From Ascidiella aspersa (taxonomy: Eukaryota), in the NCBI GenBank assembly GCA_963924565.1, contig OZ004614.1:25482001-25546000 (forward strand): a DNA stretch of 64,000 nt, in the 5' to 3' direction. The notes beneath the pieces were generated by a model, which worked only from the letters and a program-made list of their open reading frames with translations, searched no databases and was not told the DNA's origin. Below are positions 52,011 through 64,000 of this stretch, in pieces. Within the stretch, counting starts at the first letter, position 1; each line of letters begins with the position of its first letter. The translations under genes were made by a program, and so were the position numbers.

Positions 52011-53699
52011 AACTAGGCAAAATACAGCCAAAGCATCAGCAACATTCAAACGCATTAGCAATAAAATAAGTTTGCCGATGGGGGTCCAACTGCTTGTTTC
52101 AAGTCCAGTAGGCACGCCGAGTGGTCGAGTGTCGTGACAACTAACCTAACTAAAGGCTATCCGGTAACCAAAGCGGGCCAGGAGGGCCTGTGTTGCCCTG
52201 TTGGGCGAAACAACAGGCCCTCGAGTGCTCTGTGATTGTCCCGGGGACAAAACGCGATTGCTTAACTAACAGTAACCGATGGTTGCGTTGTTGAATGCTC
52301 AGCGCGCGCGATTAGTCCAGCCTACAGAACGTCACAAAGGCCCCGGCCCCTGAAACAAAGAAATCGAGGCGACCGCTCTTCACAGATTTAACCAGATCGA
52401 TATTTTCACACCGTTCGGTCGTAAAAGGGTGACTGTGCCCGGTGGAGAAGGCTTGTATCGCTGTGAATCTACGGATTTCATTGACTAAACTAAAGCTGGT
52501 TTACACACAGTTTGAACAACGAATTTAAAATCGATCAGAAAAAAATACCTAAGGCCTCGATTTCACTGTTAGGCAGCCTAATGAGCACTTTATCCATTAC
52601 ACATTAAGGATAAAATATCCCACTGAAAAGTAAGTAATACATATTTGTATTTTTTTGGTAAGCGAAAAATTTACGTTTAGTGGAAAATATCCACCTAAAA
52701 AGGAACATATTTTTAATGTACAATTTTATCGGTTTCCTTAGCAAATTTTTAGCTAACTAAGAAGTCGTAGTAAGAATACCAAAGCCCATTCAGAAGTAGG
52801 TAGCATTTTGAACGTTTCGAATAAATCTTCATTCATTTTTCACCATGTTAGAAGTAAAAGTCAAAACAAGCGCCAAGAACTACATTAGCGACAAAACTTG
52901 TTTTTAGAAATTAAAAATACCGGCGCTGGATTCTGCATCGAGTTAAGATAAGAAAGTGTGTAATTGGAGATTTGGTGAAGACAAGAGATCGCAAGAGACG
53001 GGATTGGATCTCCAATGGAAAGCTCTGAGCATCGGATGACCCGTGTAAAGGAAAACAAACAAAACCGGGCATAAGTGAAACGCCACCTGACACCCAATTA
53101 ACTTTCTGGCAAGCTGTAAATACCACTTTCCCCTCACTAACCAAACATAACCCGACACAGTGGACGCCTATTGTTGCCAACCAGTGGCCCCTGTACTTTT
53201 GTAGATTTGTTAAGTCGGCAGTAGTGTTGGGTTGCAATCAACCACAGCGGAATGAATTCATTTTTAAACTTTAAACGACACAAGGAAATAGGTTGGGTGG
53301 ACAAGTAGGTACGATCGTACTTTATTATGCTTTATAAGTTGCACGGTATGGGGGTTTGAATGTAACTGTGAAATACTGACAAATCGCGTTTATGCCTTCA
53401 TAAATTTGCTTACTGTTGTAATTGAAGACGTCACATTAAAAACCACAACTAAACCAAAGGAATTTTACTCAATTTCATAATTTTTTTTTTACATGCTATA
53501 ATTACCAGTCACATATTGACACCTTTTCATGAAAGCAAAATGATGCGCAGATATCAGAATTGACGGTACGTCAAGCTATAAAATGGTGGTGCAAAAAATA
53601 CTTTATAGGGTCAAAAAATAGCTGTAGACCACAATAATAGGGGTCGGTTAATTGGTCCAATACATGCGGAGTTGAAACACTGATCGGCTCTTAAACGTT

Positions 53700-54010
53700 C
53701 ACTCACTGAAGGTAATACAAGCTCTTATCGAAACGGCCAAATCAAGATGATGTCGATCTACTTGGCCTTTTTGGCTTTGCAATTTATTATCAAGCTACAT
53801 TACAGATCCGTGAGTAACGTTTTTTAGGTTTTTTTGGCCCACCACTGTTTGGGATTTTTACAATGTTATAAAACAAATGGATTGAACTGGATTTTCAAAC
53901 TAGATTGCAGAATTCAATAACTGAAGATGATACAAGCTTGTATCGAAACGTCTTAATCAAGATGTCGAACTACTCGACCTTTTTGGCTTTGAAATTCATT
54001 GTCAAGTTAT
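53700..54010 (+). mobile_element. Second tandem pair (about 215-nt spacing) of the same hammerhead-containing repeat
   Basis: Units at 53706 (degenerate core CTGAAGG...CGAAACGG) and 53921 (intact), each with the same downstream gtcga.ctact.g.cctttttggctttg tail. Confidence 0.75.
53916..53957 (+). ncRNA. Minimal type I hammerhead ribozyme motif
   Basis: AATAA-CTGAAGA-T-GATACA(AGCT)TGTATC-GAA-ACGT-C^TTAAT; 6-bp stem II; one mismatch in stem I. Confidence 0.75.
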
Positions 54011-54556
54011 AAAACACACTTGTTTAAAACAATGCGACATTTAGAATCAAACATCATGCCAGCAGCGAGCATCCGGCGAAACAACTTGAATTTTCCGCGC
54101 TAAAGCTTTTGGCATAATTCATTCGATTTGCAGACGAACAACGGCGAAACATGACCTCTCCAAAAGTCCTTCACTATTGTTACAACTTATCAAAGGTAAG
54201 TAGGTCTGTGTGGAGTGAAGTGCACTTGGCATTCCGTAGCATACCGCTGTGTACAAGCTATTTTGAGGTGGCCGCAAAATGACTAATGTACATCATTTTA
54301 AAGGCGAATTATGCGGCAAATTTACTGAGTTTTTAACCGCTTTTTATGCAGTTTATGTTGTACGGTTAATTATGAAGAATATAATGTAGGTGATATATGA
54401 TTTAAAATACTGTAGTTGGGTCTGATTATTCCGGAATACAATTCAACTTAATAAAATTAAAAATTAAAAACACATATCTATAATGCAATTACTTACTACT
54501 TTGCGCACATTTAACAGTAATAGTGATTTGAACAATAATATTTTTGGTCGTTAAAC

Positions 54557-54820
54557 CATTGTTTCTCCAAATATGTGTCGCGACCCAAAATTGTGTCCTT
54601 GTTTAATTTGGTTGGGTCGCCGACTTCAGTAGTTTCACAAGGTAAGATTTATGAAGAGTAGTTCTGAGCAAGATTTTTCCAAAATTTGGGGAAATTGTGT
54701 GTATAAAGACATGACTAACATTAAAAAAATCGAATTTATTAATGCTATCTTCATTGCGTTGGGTTAAATCTAATCTTGCAAAAAAACAGCTAAAATATTT
54801 GGGTCGCCAAAGCTCCACTG
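54557..54820. mobile_element. hAT-type MITE (family B), inverted relative to the 31229 copy
   Basis: gtcgcgacccaaaattgtgtccttgtttaatttggttgggtcgccgacttcagtagttt is approximately the reverse complement of 31452-31510. Confidence 0.65.
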
Positions 54821-57800
54821 TTATATTTTCGCTTAGCATTGTAGTCGTCGCGAAAAATAATGAAAAACACCGCGTGAAACCAACCATGCACTACACTCAC
54901 ATATTTTCCCAAAACGTGTCAACATTTAAGGCTCTAATCGAGTCAGTTTCTAAAAGCATTCTTTAAGGGCAATCGACAAGGTGCCACTGGTGCTCAAGCA
55001 CATGCAAACACAATCCTTCAAAAAACGTCCGTTTCGGTTTCATTGTTCGGCGTTCTGGAGTGCTGCCCTCAAGGATTGTGACGTCACAATCTTAATCGAT
55101 ATATTCCTTGTGACGAGTGGCGTTTGTCGCGCCCAAGTACCAACCGAAAACAGGGACAGACTGACCTCGTAACACAAAATTCCTTTTGCAATTTGTGGAA
55201 CGGGTAAAAGTGCGGAGAGTTCTTACAAAACATTATTTCTCGAGAATATGGTTCACTTCTAGGCCTTGTTGAACTGTAGAAAATGCATTTTTGCCTTCAA
55301 ACGGAGAATTTTGATTAACGGCTAGAAGCGTGGACAGTTGGAGAAAACATTATTTCCAAATCAATGCAAGGAATGCGATTCATATCTAGACATTGTTAAA
55401 CCGTTGTCTTTATTAAAAGAAATGGAAAGCGCATTTCCCACAACCAGCATTTTGACAAACGGCTACAAGTGTGGACAGTTCGAAAAAAATAGTATTTTGA
55501 ACGTTTCGAATAAATCTTTATCCATTTTTTCTCACTATGTTGAAAATGAATAAAGAGTTTTCGAAAAGTTCACAAACTGCAACCTTCTTCAGCATGGGCT
55601 TTAATTTCCTTACTACGTCTTCTTTGTATAGTCATTTAATATTATAATGTGGATATAAACGACCTAAAAAATGACAAGAGACCCACCATGTGAATTCCAA
55701 ATAAAACGCCAATATGGGCATTTAACAGCCGTACTGCAGAACACATCGAACAACTTATATTCAGTTACGACTGAAGCCCTCGTACCAGGTGTGGTGCAAG
55801 TAAAGTGAGGTTAGTTGGTTTCTAACTACTCAAGGTAAAAACTAAAGAACAACAACTTTGGAACTTTTGACCTACATTAAAAATACATTGGGGCTAAAAA
55901 TACAACTGGTTTAAAGCAATTCATTATATGTATTTGTTTCGCTGTAGTAGTGTTAGGGGTTTGATTTCCAATTTGGAGGCAATCAACATTTCAAAGGTTT
56001 CACGCATAACGGCAATAACAACGCAATAAAAACGCCGATCCAATATTGGGTAATTCCACGGGCTCAATATAAATCATTCACACCTATACTCGCGGCTATA
56101 GAATTTCATGAGGGAGGATTAGCAAGGAGCGATTTAGACGGTCAGTCGATCTTGTAGAAAAGAAAATTGAACAGACTCAATTTTTTTGCCATTTACAAGT
56201 TTACAATTATCACACAATAGGACATTTTTAATTTTTCTGGCCTGAATTGCTAGCTTTGCTAAATTATTCTGGTAAAACTGGTCAGGAATTGATTTCGTCA
56301 CTTATCTTACAATGGTAAAGGTGATTTTCCATTGTCACATAACAAGTGAATCCCGAACTCAATATTTTTACTCACACAAGGTCGCGAAATGCCACAATTT
56401 CCCCCCTTTGGATATTTTTCCTGGTGTCCCTGTTGAAGGTATTTGCCTCACGGGGCAAAAGGTTCAAGATTAAATTATGCTATCAGATGTTCACTGAAGC
56501 GCGTTCCTTTTAACGACGGCGAGTAAACTCCAAGTAATGGCTGAGGTCTCGCACCAGACGCACATAAATCAGATTTCCTACCAGACAACGTTTAACGAGA
56601 ATTTTACTGGTCTACAATAAGTTTAAAACTCCAAAAAAGCGAAAAATCGAACATATCAGCCGTAATTGGCATAAACAATTCAACATACAAAGAAATAATA
56701 AAAAGTATGCAAAACAACGTAGTTTAGCGCGACCATGCTAGAAGTTCAAAATTTCGAAAACAAATATAAAAAACGAACAACATTAGCCGTTATTGGAATC
56801 AACATTTAAATATTTAAAAAACAACATTATTCAGCTAAAAAATGCTAATAGTTCAAACCAACAAAACTAGCCGTATATCCACATTAAAAGTCAAAATGAA
56901 ATTTAAAACAAAGGATTTCGCCTAAAATGGAAAAACATTCAACCGAGTGTTACAAACAATGTTCACTTAAGTCGGCGCCCGGTGGGTTTTCAAAGGCATT
57001 CCATAAAACGCGTGCTTTGAAACTCTAGGGCGCAATACCCGTGAAATGGCAAAACCACTCACGAAAATACCAGTGTAAGTGTCACATTCCACGCAAATTA
57101 GGGCGCCGGGTTTTGGGGCCAATATTTCGTCGGCGTGCCGGGTCTGTAGGGTCCGTGGGGTCACGGCCCCCCGCTAGGGATTAAGAAAGTGGCGTCACGC
57201 CTGGGTGCGCGTGTGCGACGGAGCGTGAGATTGTAAGCCGCTAATCTAATGAAGGTTTCCATTGGCGGAAGAAATGCCACCGATTGGCCGGCTGCAGCCA
57301 GGTTTGAAAATGTTACAGTTTGGTTCAGCTTCAGACCCCTATTTGTCGAATCTGTTCCGTGGCCCTTCTTTCAGCTTCAGAGCTGAAAAATTATCAGCTG
57401 AAAAATTATCAGCACAAAAGGGCCAACAACAAAATAATTACGCACTTTGTGACTGCCTGTCTTTGCCTTACTACAATTAAGGCTGCATGATACAATACTT
57501 AAACCAGAATAAGGTCATCTGGAAATTATTCTTAGAACTGTTTTAACATCTAATAGAAGCAAATAAGTTTTAAGAAATAGATTGCTACTGTTTCTAGGGT
57601 AAAATACAGATTAGTCATTAAATAAGTTATTTCGATGCGTTAACTGGAAAATGGCAGAAAAACTTCGCAATTTTTTTTGAGTAGTAGATTTTTTATAAGA
57701 GTAGTAGAGGACGACACGCAAAAACCCAGTGTGTAAATGTCGATTGACGTGAGGAATATGAAAAGCACTTGAGAAACAAACTGAGGCGTTTATATCGCTG

Positions 57801-59795
57801 ATATGAGGACGACCTGAGTTTGAAGAAATATTCCTGACCATGTGTGCTCATATAACCTGGGAAGATGTTTGATGTACTAATATGGACTTTAAATAGTCCT
57901 TTTTTTTGACAGTTTTCACATTTTTTTCGTTAGTTAAATTTCGGAGTTTTAGTCTTGTTTAACGTAGCGAAATCAACTGCAGAACAAATATTTTTCATTA
58001 ATAACATTTTTTTCTCAGCAACGAATCTTAGAGACGTTTCGCAGTTTCCGGAAATAGTCCTTCTGAACTGGTTTTTGTCCGTGGCTCTTCATGTCTACTT
58101 AAGAACCAAGCGAGTCAAATTTTCGCCGAGCTACGTCGAAAATACTAAAAACAGATTGACCCTAACTCCACACTGTGTAGTCACTATAGAAAACAGGAAA
58201 CACATTAAGGCACCAAACCGATTGGAAATTGATTTACTAGTTCTCTTAATAATTCACGTCAATGTTTATTGCTGAATAGCTCCAAAGCAAACACATTTGA
58301 GGTTGTTGTTTGCAGAGTTGGAGCGAATTTCCACACGACACAATTTTTATCGTAAGACAACATGTTTTTTAACTTAAAGACAAAACCAGAAGAAATTCGA
58401 AAAATAAGCGAACATTTACACTTTAAATATTTTGTTTGTTGCTTCCAAAAGAGCATTCTTGCTAAAAAATAGTGGGTTGTGTGATTTTAAAATCGATTAA
58501 TTAGTAACACAGTAGGAAATAAAAGAGAGGTCGAACAAGATAGTCGGGTCAAGTTTAGTAAATTTTAAAACAATAATTGCCTATTGCATTCAAAAGACTT
58601 ATTCCAAACAACAACACAATGTCACAATTTTAGGATTTTTTTACGTCCATTCCAAATAAAGTGATTAAAATGTGCCAACCTCAAAGATATATTGACATGT
58701 ACTTTTACCGTTGCCTTTACGCAGACGCCATAGCGAATAGAGCAATAAATAACACCGTTCCGCGATAAATGAGTAATGTTAGAAAAACAAATAAGTTCGT
58801 CTAACGCACCAATCACCAGTTGACGTAACCGTATTGACATTGCAAAGGAAAGCGCAAATAACTGAAGGATACCGACTCCTAATATATTTTTGATTAATAG
58901 CATTCGTCACCAGAATAAGAGCACGTTAAATCAGAATGACATCTCAATCGATTTGACTCTAAATCTCAATTAAAGTACCTCATTGACGTTAATAAATAAC
59001 CACCAATATCAACTTCTGACGGCCTTATAAAGCAGTTATCCCTGTGCTTGGATCACAACCACAAAGTTCTAAACAAGTCGTAAACGCCAGCTTCAATGGG
59101 TAGCGAGTCCTTTCAAGTTACAGGTCACAAGCAAATTATTTCGGTTAATTACTGGACAGAGCAAATAAAATAACCATCAAGCTTTTGATGTTTGGTGGAC
59201 TTACGATAAATTACACAGTGTATTTGTTGGTAAAAAGTTGCCAAGTAAGCAAAATTCGTTGCCAATGGGAGACTGCAACACAACAAATATTAGAAAAATA
59301 TACATCAAGTGACTTTTAATGTATGCTAGCAGTCCATTCACAAATAGATAAAACTACATTATATTGCAGTAGAATTACAACGAACCCTTCAAATAAAATA
59401 TTTTTGGTCTCGAAACAAATATACTATGCAACTTTCAAAAACCTCATCCAAACGTAACTAGATAAAAAACTAACAAGCTACATAAGGAATTGACGTCGTA
59501 AGAAATAGACTACTAAATTCCAAAAATGTAACAGTTCGTAAGCATATTTAAAGTGAATTTGGCGAAAATTACTGTTGCAAAGATTTTCTGCTCTATTATT
59601 CCAACTACCTTGCTAACTGAAGCAGAACAGAACGAAAAAAGCATAACAAATCATATTTCCTGAAATTTTACACTGATAACAGTTTTATATACCCAAAATT
59701 GACCCTTGATTACAAACAATACGGTCACTCATCTAAAATACCCCCAAAATCCACATTTAAAGTCCCAACTTTAAGAAGAACATGCAAAAACTCAC

Positions 59796-59919
59796 TTTCT
59801 GTGCCTCATTTTGACGAGTGGTGACGGTTCCCCCACAGCGCCTCCAGTGGTACGTCCTGTGTTGTGGAGGTTGTCAGCTGATAGGGCTTGAACGCGGTCC
59901 ATGGCGCTCAAACGGTTGC
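59796..59919 (-). CDS. Shroom: Shroom exon B (GNRLSAMDRVQALSADNL...PLVKMRHRK); phase 1 to 2
   Basis: ccaccag| acceptor, AA|gtgagt donor, 124 nt open; VKMRHRK joins in frame to the RPRSWH exon. Confidence 0.85.
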
Positions 59920-60606
59920 CTGGTGGAAAGGAAATCACGGTTTAAACTTTAAAGCATAAAAATTTGGTTTAAAATAACTTTGTCTAGTGCAGTTATGTGA
60001 ATAAAGGTTCACAACTGATAGGGTTTCATTTTTTAACACTTGTTTAAACATTTTGTGAAAAAAGAGGCTTAAACAGGCATACAAACCAACACTGCATTAA
60101 AACAATTTTAGTTATACTAACACATCTGTCGAGCTTGTTATAAAAATTTTTGTGCTAAACGTATTCAAATGTTAGTAATTTTACTTTGACGAGGTTAACT
60201 AGCATTTGCTGCCTTAAAGTCGGCATCCAACTCAAACTTAAACCTAAACTTAACATTGAAATAGCGATTTTTTTATCACAGGAGCTAAAGTGTCACCCAC
60301 AAACCGATAAGTGATACCTACCGCCATAAATGCAAACACAACTAGCGAAGTTATCAAAATAAAAAAACAGGGCAGGGCAATCGACCCTTAAGATTGAAAG
60401 GAATTCATGTGACAACAAAAACAAAAACCTTGCACTGTAGCGCCACATTACAGGTCCATGCATAGTGGATTTGGTTGTTTAACACATACCTTTCGGTAGA
60501 AGCGAAGGTGGCCAAATAAAAAGAAATAAAAGTTGACGAAAACTGTTATCGTCAAAGTGTTCTGAGTAGGATTTATAAATTAGGTTACAACAACAACAAC
60601 ACAAAC

Positions 60607-60983
60607 CTTGCACTCTAGCGCCACTGAGCGACGAGTATGACGATGCTCCACTGAGCGGCTCGGGAGCAACTTGCTCCTCTACTCTCACTCTCTCCTCACT
60701 GAACACGTCATCGTCTCTCACTCGCTCGTAATCGCCGCCGCTCCTCGGTCTCTGGTGAGGAGCCTGATGACGTAATTGGTTGTCATGGTAACCACTGTCG
60801 TACGCCTGATGACGTAGCTGGTTGTCATGGGAACCAGTCGGGACGTAGTACTGAGGGTTTCCCTGGGGCTGCGCGCGTCGCTCCATGCTGCCATGGTAAC
60901 CGGGGTGTTGTTGTTGTTGTTGCTGGGGGTAACGTGACGCTTGTTGGTGATAGGATGACGTCATAGTGTTAGGGTGGATCCCC
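60607..60983 (-). CDS. Shroom: Shroom exon A (GIHPNTMTSSYHQQ...SGARVQ); phase 2 to 1; upstream exons not seen in window
   Basis: tttccag| acceptor, CAAG|gtttgt donor; ORF 60479..60964; Q-rich with duplicated HDNQLRHQA. Confidence 0.85.
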
Positions 60984-63900
60984 CTGGAAAAGAAAAAGTA
61001 GCAATTGAAAAAAAATGAAAAAATGCAGAATAAACGATGGTTCTAAAGTAAAATGAATTTTTTAAGTTTTCTGCTATGTTTCGTTTGAGAAATGGCTAGA
61101 AAACAAATAACATAGAAAAGGAATATTATCTTTTGAACATAAAAAGGTGGGAGTTGAATTAAATGAAAAAAATGCGCTGGTTTCAAGTTAAAAGGGAATT
61201 TTGAATTTTCTGTCGCTTTGGTTCAGAGAATTCACTATGAATTAAATATCATAGAAAAAAATTAACTTTGAAATTCGAAAAATCTAATGAAGCTAAAAAT
61301 ATGGGAGCCACTCATGTACAAAGGCTTGCAAAACTGCAAAAGCAAATAACAATAATGCTGCTATAAGAAAGGGAAGTGGGCTGCATGAAGTGGAATCGAA
61401 AAACAAAACCGGAGGCCACGAAATTTTGCCAACCCAAATACAGAGTTCAGGTAGAAACACCAAGAAAGCTTATTTTTTGACACGGCGAAGGTGAAAGGAT
61501 TCTACTGCTTTTTGTCAGTGGTTGAATGAAACACAAGCTGCTCCCAAATGACTTTAAAATAAGCAATGGAAAAAAGACAGTGCCTGATTTAAAGTGGCCG
61601 TGAAACATGGCCAAACAAGTTTGCAAACTACAGATAAAACCATAGAAAGTCCATGTTGTTCGACTGAATGTAAAAACTATCTGCTTTTTGATATAGAGAA
61701 GGTAGAAAGGCCAATGTACGAAAAACAGATCCGGCTTTAAAGTGGCCACGAAATTTGGCCAAGCAAAGTTGCAAAGTTCAGATAAAAGCCGACAGCAATA
61801 AGGCATGTTTTACGACCAGCTTGTAAGGGTGACGGTGGGTTTTTGTTCTTCCTCAGAAATGCGCACGTCTGGAAAGCGCTTTGATAGTTGTGCAAACGTC
61901 AGTAGAGCGGCCGGGCAAATAGCAGGGCATATGGCGATGAAACACAAAGGAATTTCGAGGCACAGGCGTTATTAATTATACACACATTGTTTGCGCAACG
62001 ATACAGGCACAAGGTCGAAAGGATATTTCTGATATGGGAGGGTTTTTGAGGAAATATTGAAACTTTAAATCGCTTTGTTTTGCCTTGATTTGAATCCGCG
62101 TCTTTGTTGCAAGAATCAACACGGGACTTTAAATTTGCGCACACGAATTATCGGCGCGGGTTTAAATAGAAAAAACGTGGCGGAATGTAAACCACACTAG
62201 GCTTGTCCCAACTGAGCTGTGTCAATTTGAGTTGTGGTGCAAAGTGCTCTTTGTAGCTTTAATATGCTGCAAACATAAGTTAGACAAGTGTTAACATTTT
62301 GTCGCTCCAACCCGAATACGTAAATGTATAAGCGTAAGTATGTATAACAGTTAGCGACCCAACTTTCTCTTTGTAGGCAAACAAAACATAAGATATTAGC
62401 AACAAGTTCGAACTTAATTAATACGAGTTTTGTCTTTTGTATTTTTTTTTCGCAAATTTCTCAAATATTGGAGAATTTTTTGCTCAGAACCACTTATTGA
62501 TACAAGCAATGTCTTCGTATTTTTACACCAGTTTACCAATTTTGAATTAAATATTGTTTTCTAGAACCAATCTCAACAAATGATGAACTTGGTAACTTTT
62601 GCAGCAGGCGACCCACCAAATCAACCGACAACCGATTATGAGTAAACTAATGGAGTGAGCAACACTGTGTAAGACGCTGCAGTGTTTGTTGTGCGTTTTA
62701 AGGTCTCTACCCCGCATGATCTAAAGGATCCATCAGTTAAATGTTCGCGAAACATTATTAGTGATGTACTTTCTTTAGGGTGAACTACGTTTGTTCCAAA
62801 TTGTCAGTTGTTAGTCTTTTTACCATTTCAAAGGATTTCGGAAATCAACAATTGTTTAAAAAGAGCATTTCGAATTAAGTTTTCAGCAGAAAACTGACAT
62901 TGTTGTTGAAGTATTCTGTGTTTATATAAATACAAATATCTAAAAATGCCGAATAAATATTACAATTTAACAACTATCCATGGAAAAAACTAGACCGCCT
63001 GAAATATTGATTAGTTAGATGTTGTCCTTTCAATCATGCTAATCCAAGATTCGTCTTGTAAACGTATTTTTTCATTTACGAAGTACGATACAATAAACAA
63101 ACAATCATCACAAAACCAAAGCAGTTAAAAATTGTGGATTTTTGTCAACTGCTTACAACCTAAACCGTATAATGTAACGACTAAGGGCAAATAGCATGCA
63201 ACTTACCACTTAATCGGTGAGCTTGTTTTCATTTTTACACACTAAATGTTCCTAGAAACTCACATGATAGCTTTTGACCTGGTAAGCCAAACAGAACAAC
63301 AGATAAAATACGTTTTTCGGGGGTCGACTATCAAGCTGTACACAACTTAACCGTGCTGATAGCACTCGTGTGTGTTTTGCAATGACAGCTTAAATATTAA
63401 CAAAGTAATGAAAGAGTTCCGGAGTGGTAAATTACATATAAAGCCCAACTGCTCTGAAACCAGTCAACATATTTCACATTGGTTATTTAACACAATAACC
63501 ACTCTTTTAGACAAAACCGTTTTTTTTTAATGTATTCCAAACAAATATTTCAACTACACCAACTATCAAGTAAGACAAAACTCTATTTTGAAAAGTTACT
63601 TAACGCAATTATTTTAACTATGCCAGCTCTTAAGTAAGACAAAACTATTTCATTTAAATGTATTTAACACACATCTTTTAATTGAACCAAACCTTTTAGT
63701 TTTAAATTAAAAACAGAAATCCGTTCATGAGAGTTTTTGTCTGTTAATAAAAGGCGTTGTCAGTTTTTGCAGACTCTTTCAACTTAGCTATACTAAAATA
63801 CAACCGGTGCCTAAACATTTGCTGCTAATAGCAAACAGCCTTAGTCAGTATGAAAATGCCAACAGTAGGACTACTATGAGTTGCATTGTCGGGTTGTCAT

Positions 63901-64000
63901 AAGTTTAGAAGAGGCGTGATACCAAACACAACACCACGCAACTGGCTACTGCAGCTATAGTTTCCTCTAAAAATAACAAACAGAACAAGCTTGGTATGCA

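Larger units (their letters stand above)
2489..60983 (-). other. Shroom: Shroom-family gene span (partial; 18 core exons assembled, open at both ends)
   Basis: All junctions are GT-AG with matching phases, giving a 4612-nt open frame. Motifs LVKMRHRK|ARDKGLPTERPRSWH, SSSRGSLDNL, PEPPQRDS, YRDTLQNMSRK|VLRETSFK and RSYGNEMDDL match vertebrate Shroom2/3/4 motifs recalled from memory (VKLRLKHRR..RPHSWH, SSQGSMESL, PPARSDS, YRxxIKDAQSRVLxATSF, RSYSEPEKMNEV). Confidence 0.9.

Noticed and set aside
60984-64000. PDZ exons; ORFs 61447-61806 and 61899-62144
   Set aside because: No PDZ-like translation with credible splice sites; the ORFs overlap a local duplication (ggccacgaaattt..gccaa)

Overview
AT-rich eukaryotic (animal) genomic DNA, most likely an invertebrate chordate such as an ascidian. 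That assignment is inferred from gene content, intron style and abundant TGACGTCA motifs. Essentially the whole window lies inside one minus-strand Shroom-family gene. I assembled by hand 18 GT-AG exons with consistent phases (4612 nt, about 1537 codons, no stops) from 60983 down to 2489. They include the VKxRH...RPxSWH motif, the ASD1 actin-binding core (YRDTLQNMSRKVLRETSFK) and a poly-Pro region. The N-terminal (PDZ?) exons and the ASD2 exons appear to lie outside the window. A 37.1-kb intron (22664-59795) and a 6-kb intron (3400-9482) hold phase-matched candidate alternative first exons and microexons. The most unusual non-coding signal is a short interspersed repeat that occurs as tandem pairs (21416-21690, 53700-54010). 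It carries a minimal type I hammerhead ribozyme (Penelope/retrozyme-like), and every copy is antisense to Shroom. Also present: tRNA-derived SINE-like heads, several MITE families, and a recurring pattern in which an exon end plus its 5' splice site is duplicated into the downstream intron. Most ORFs in the six-frame track are noise.
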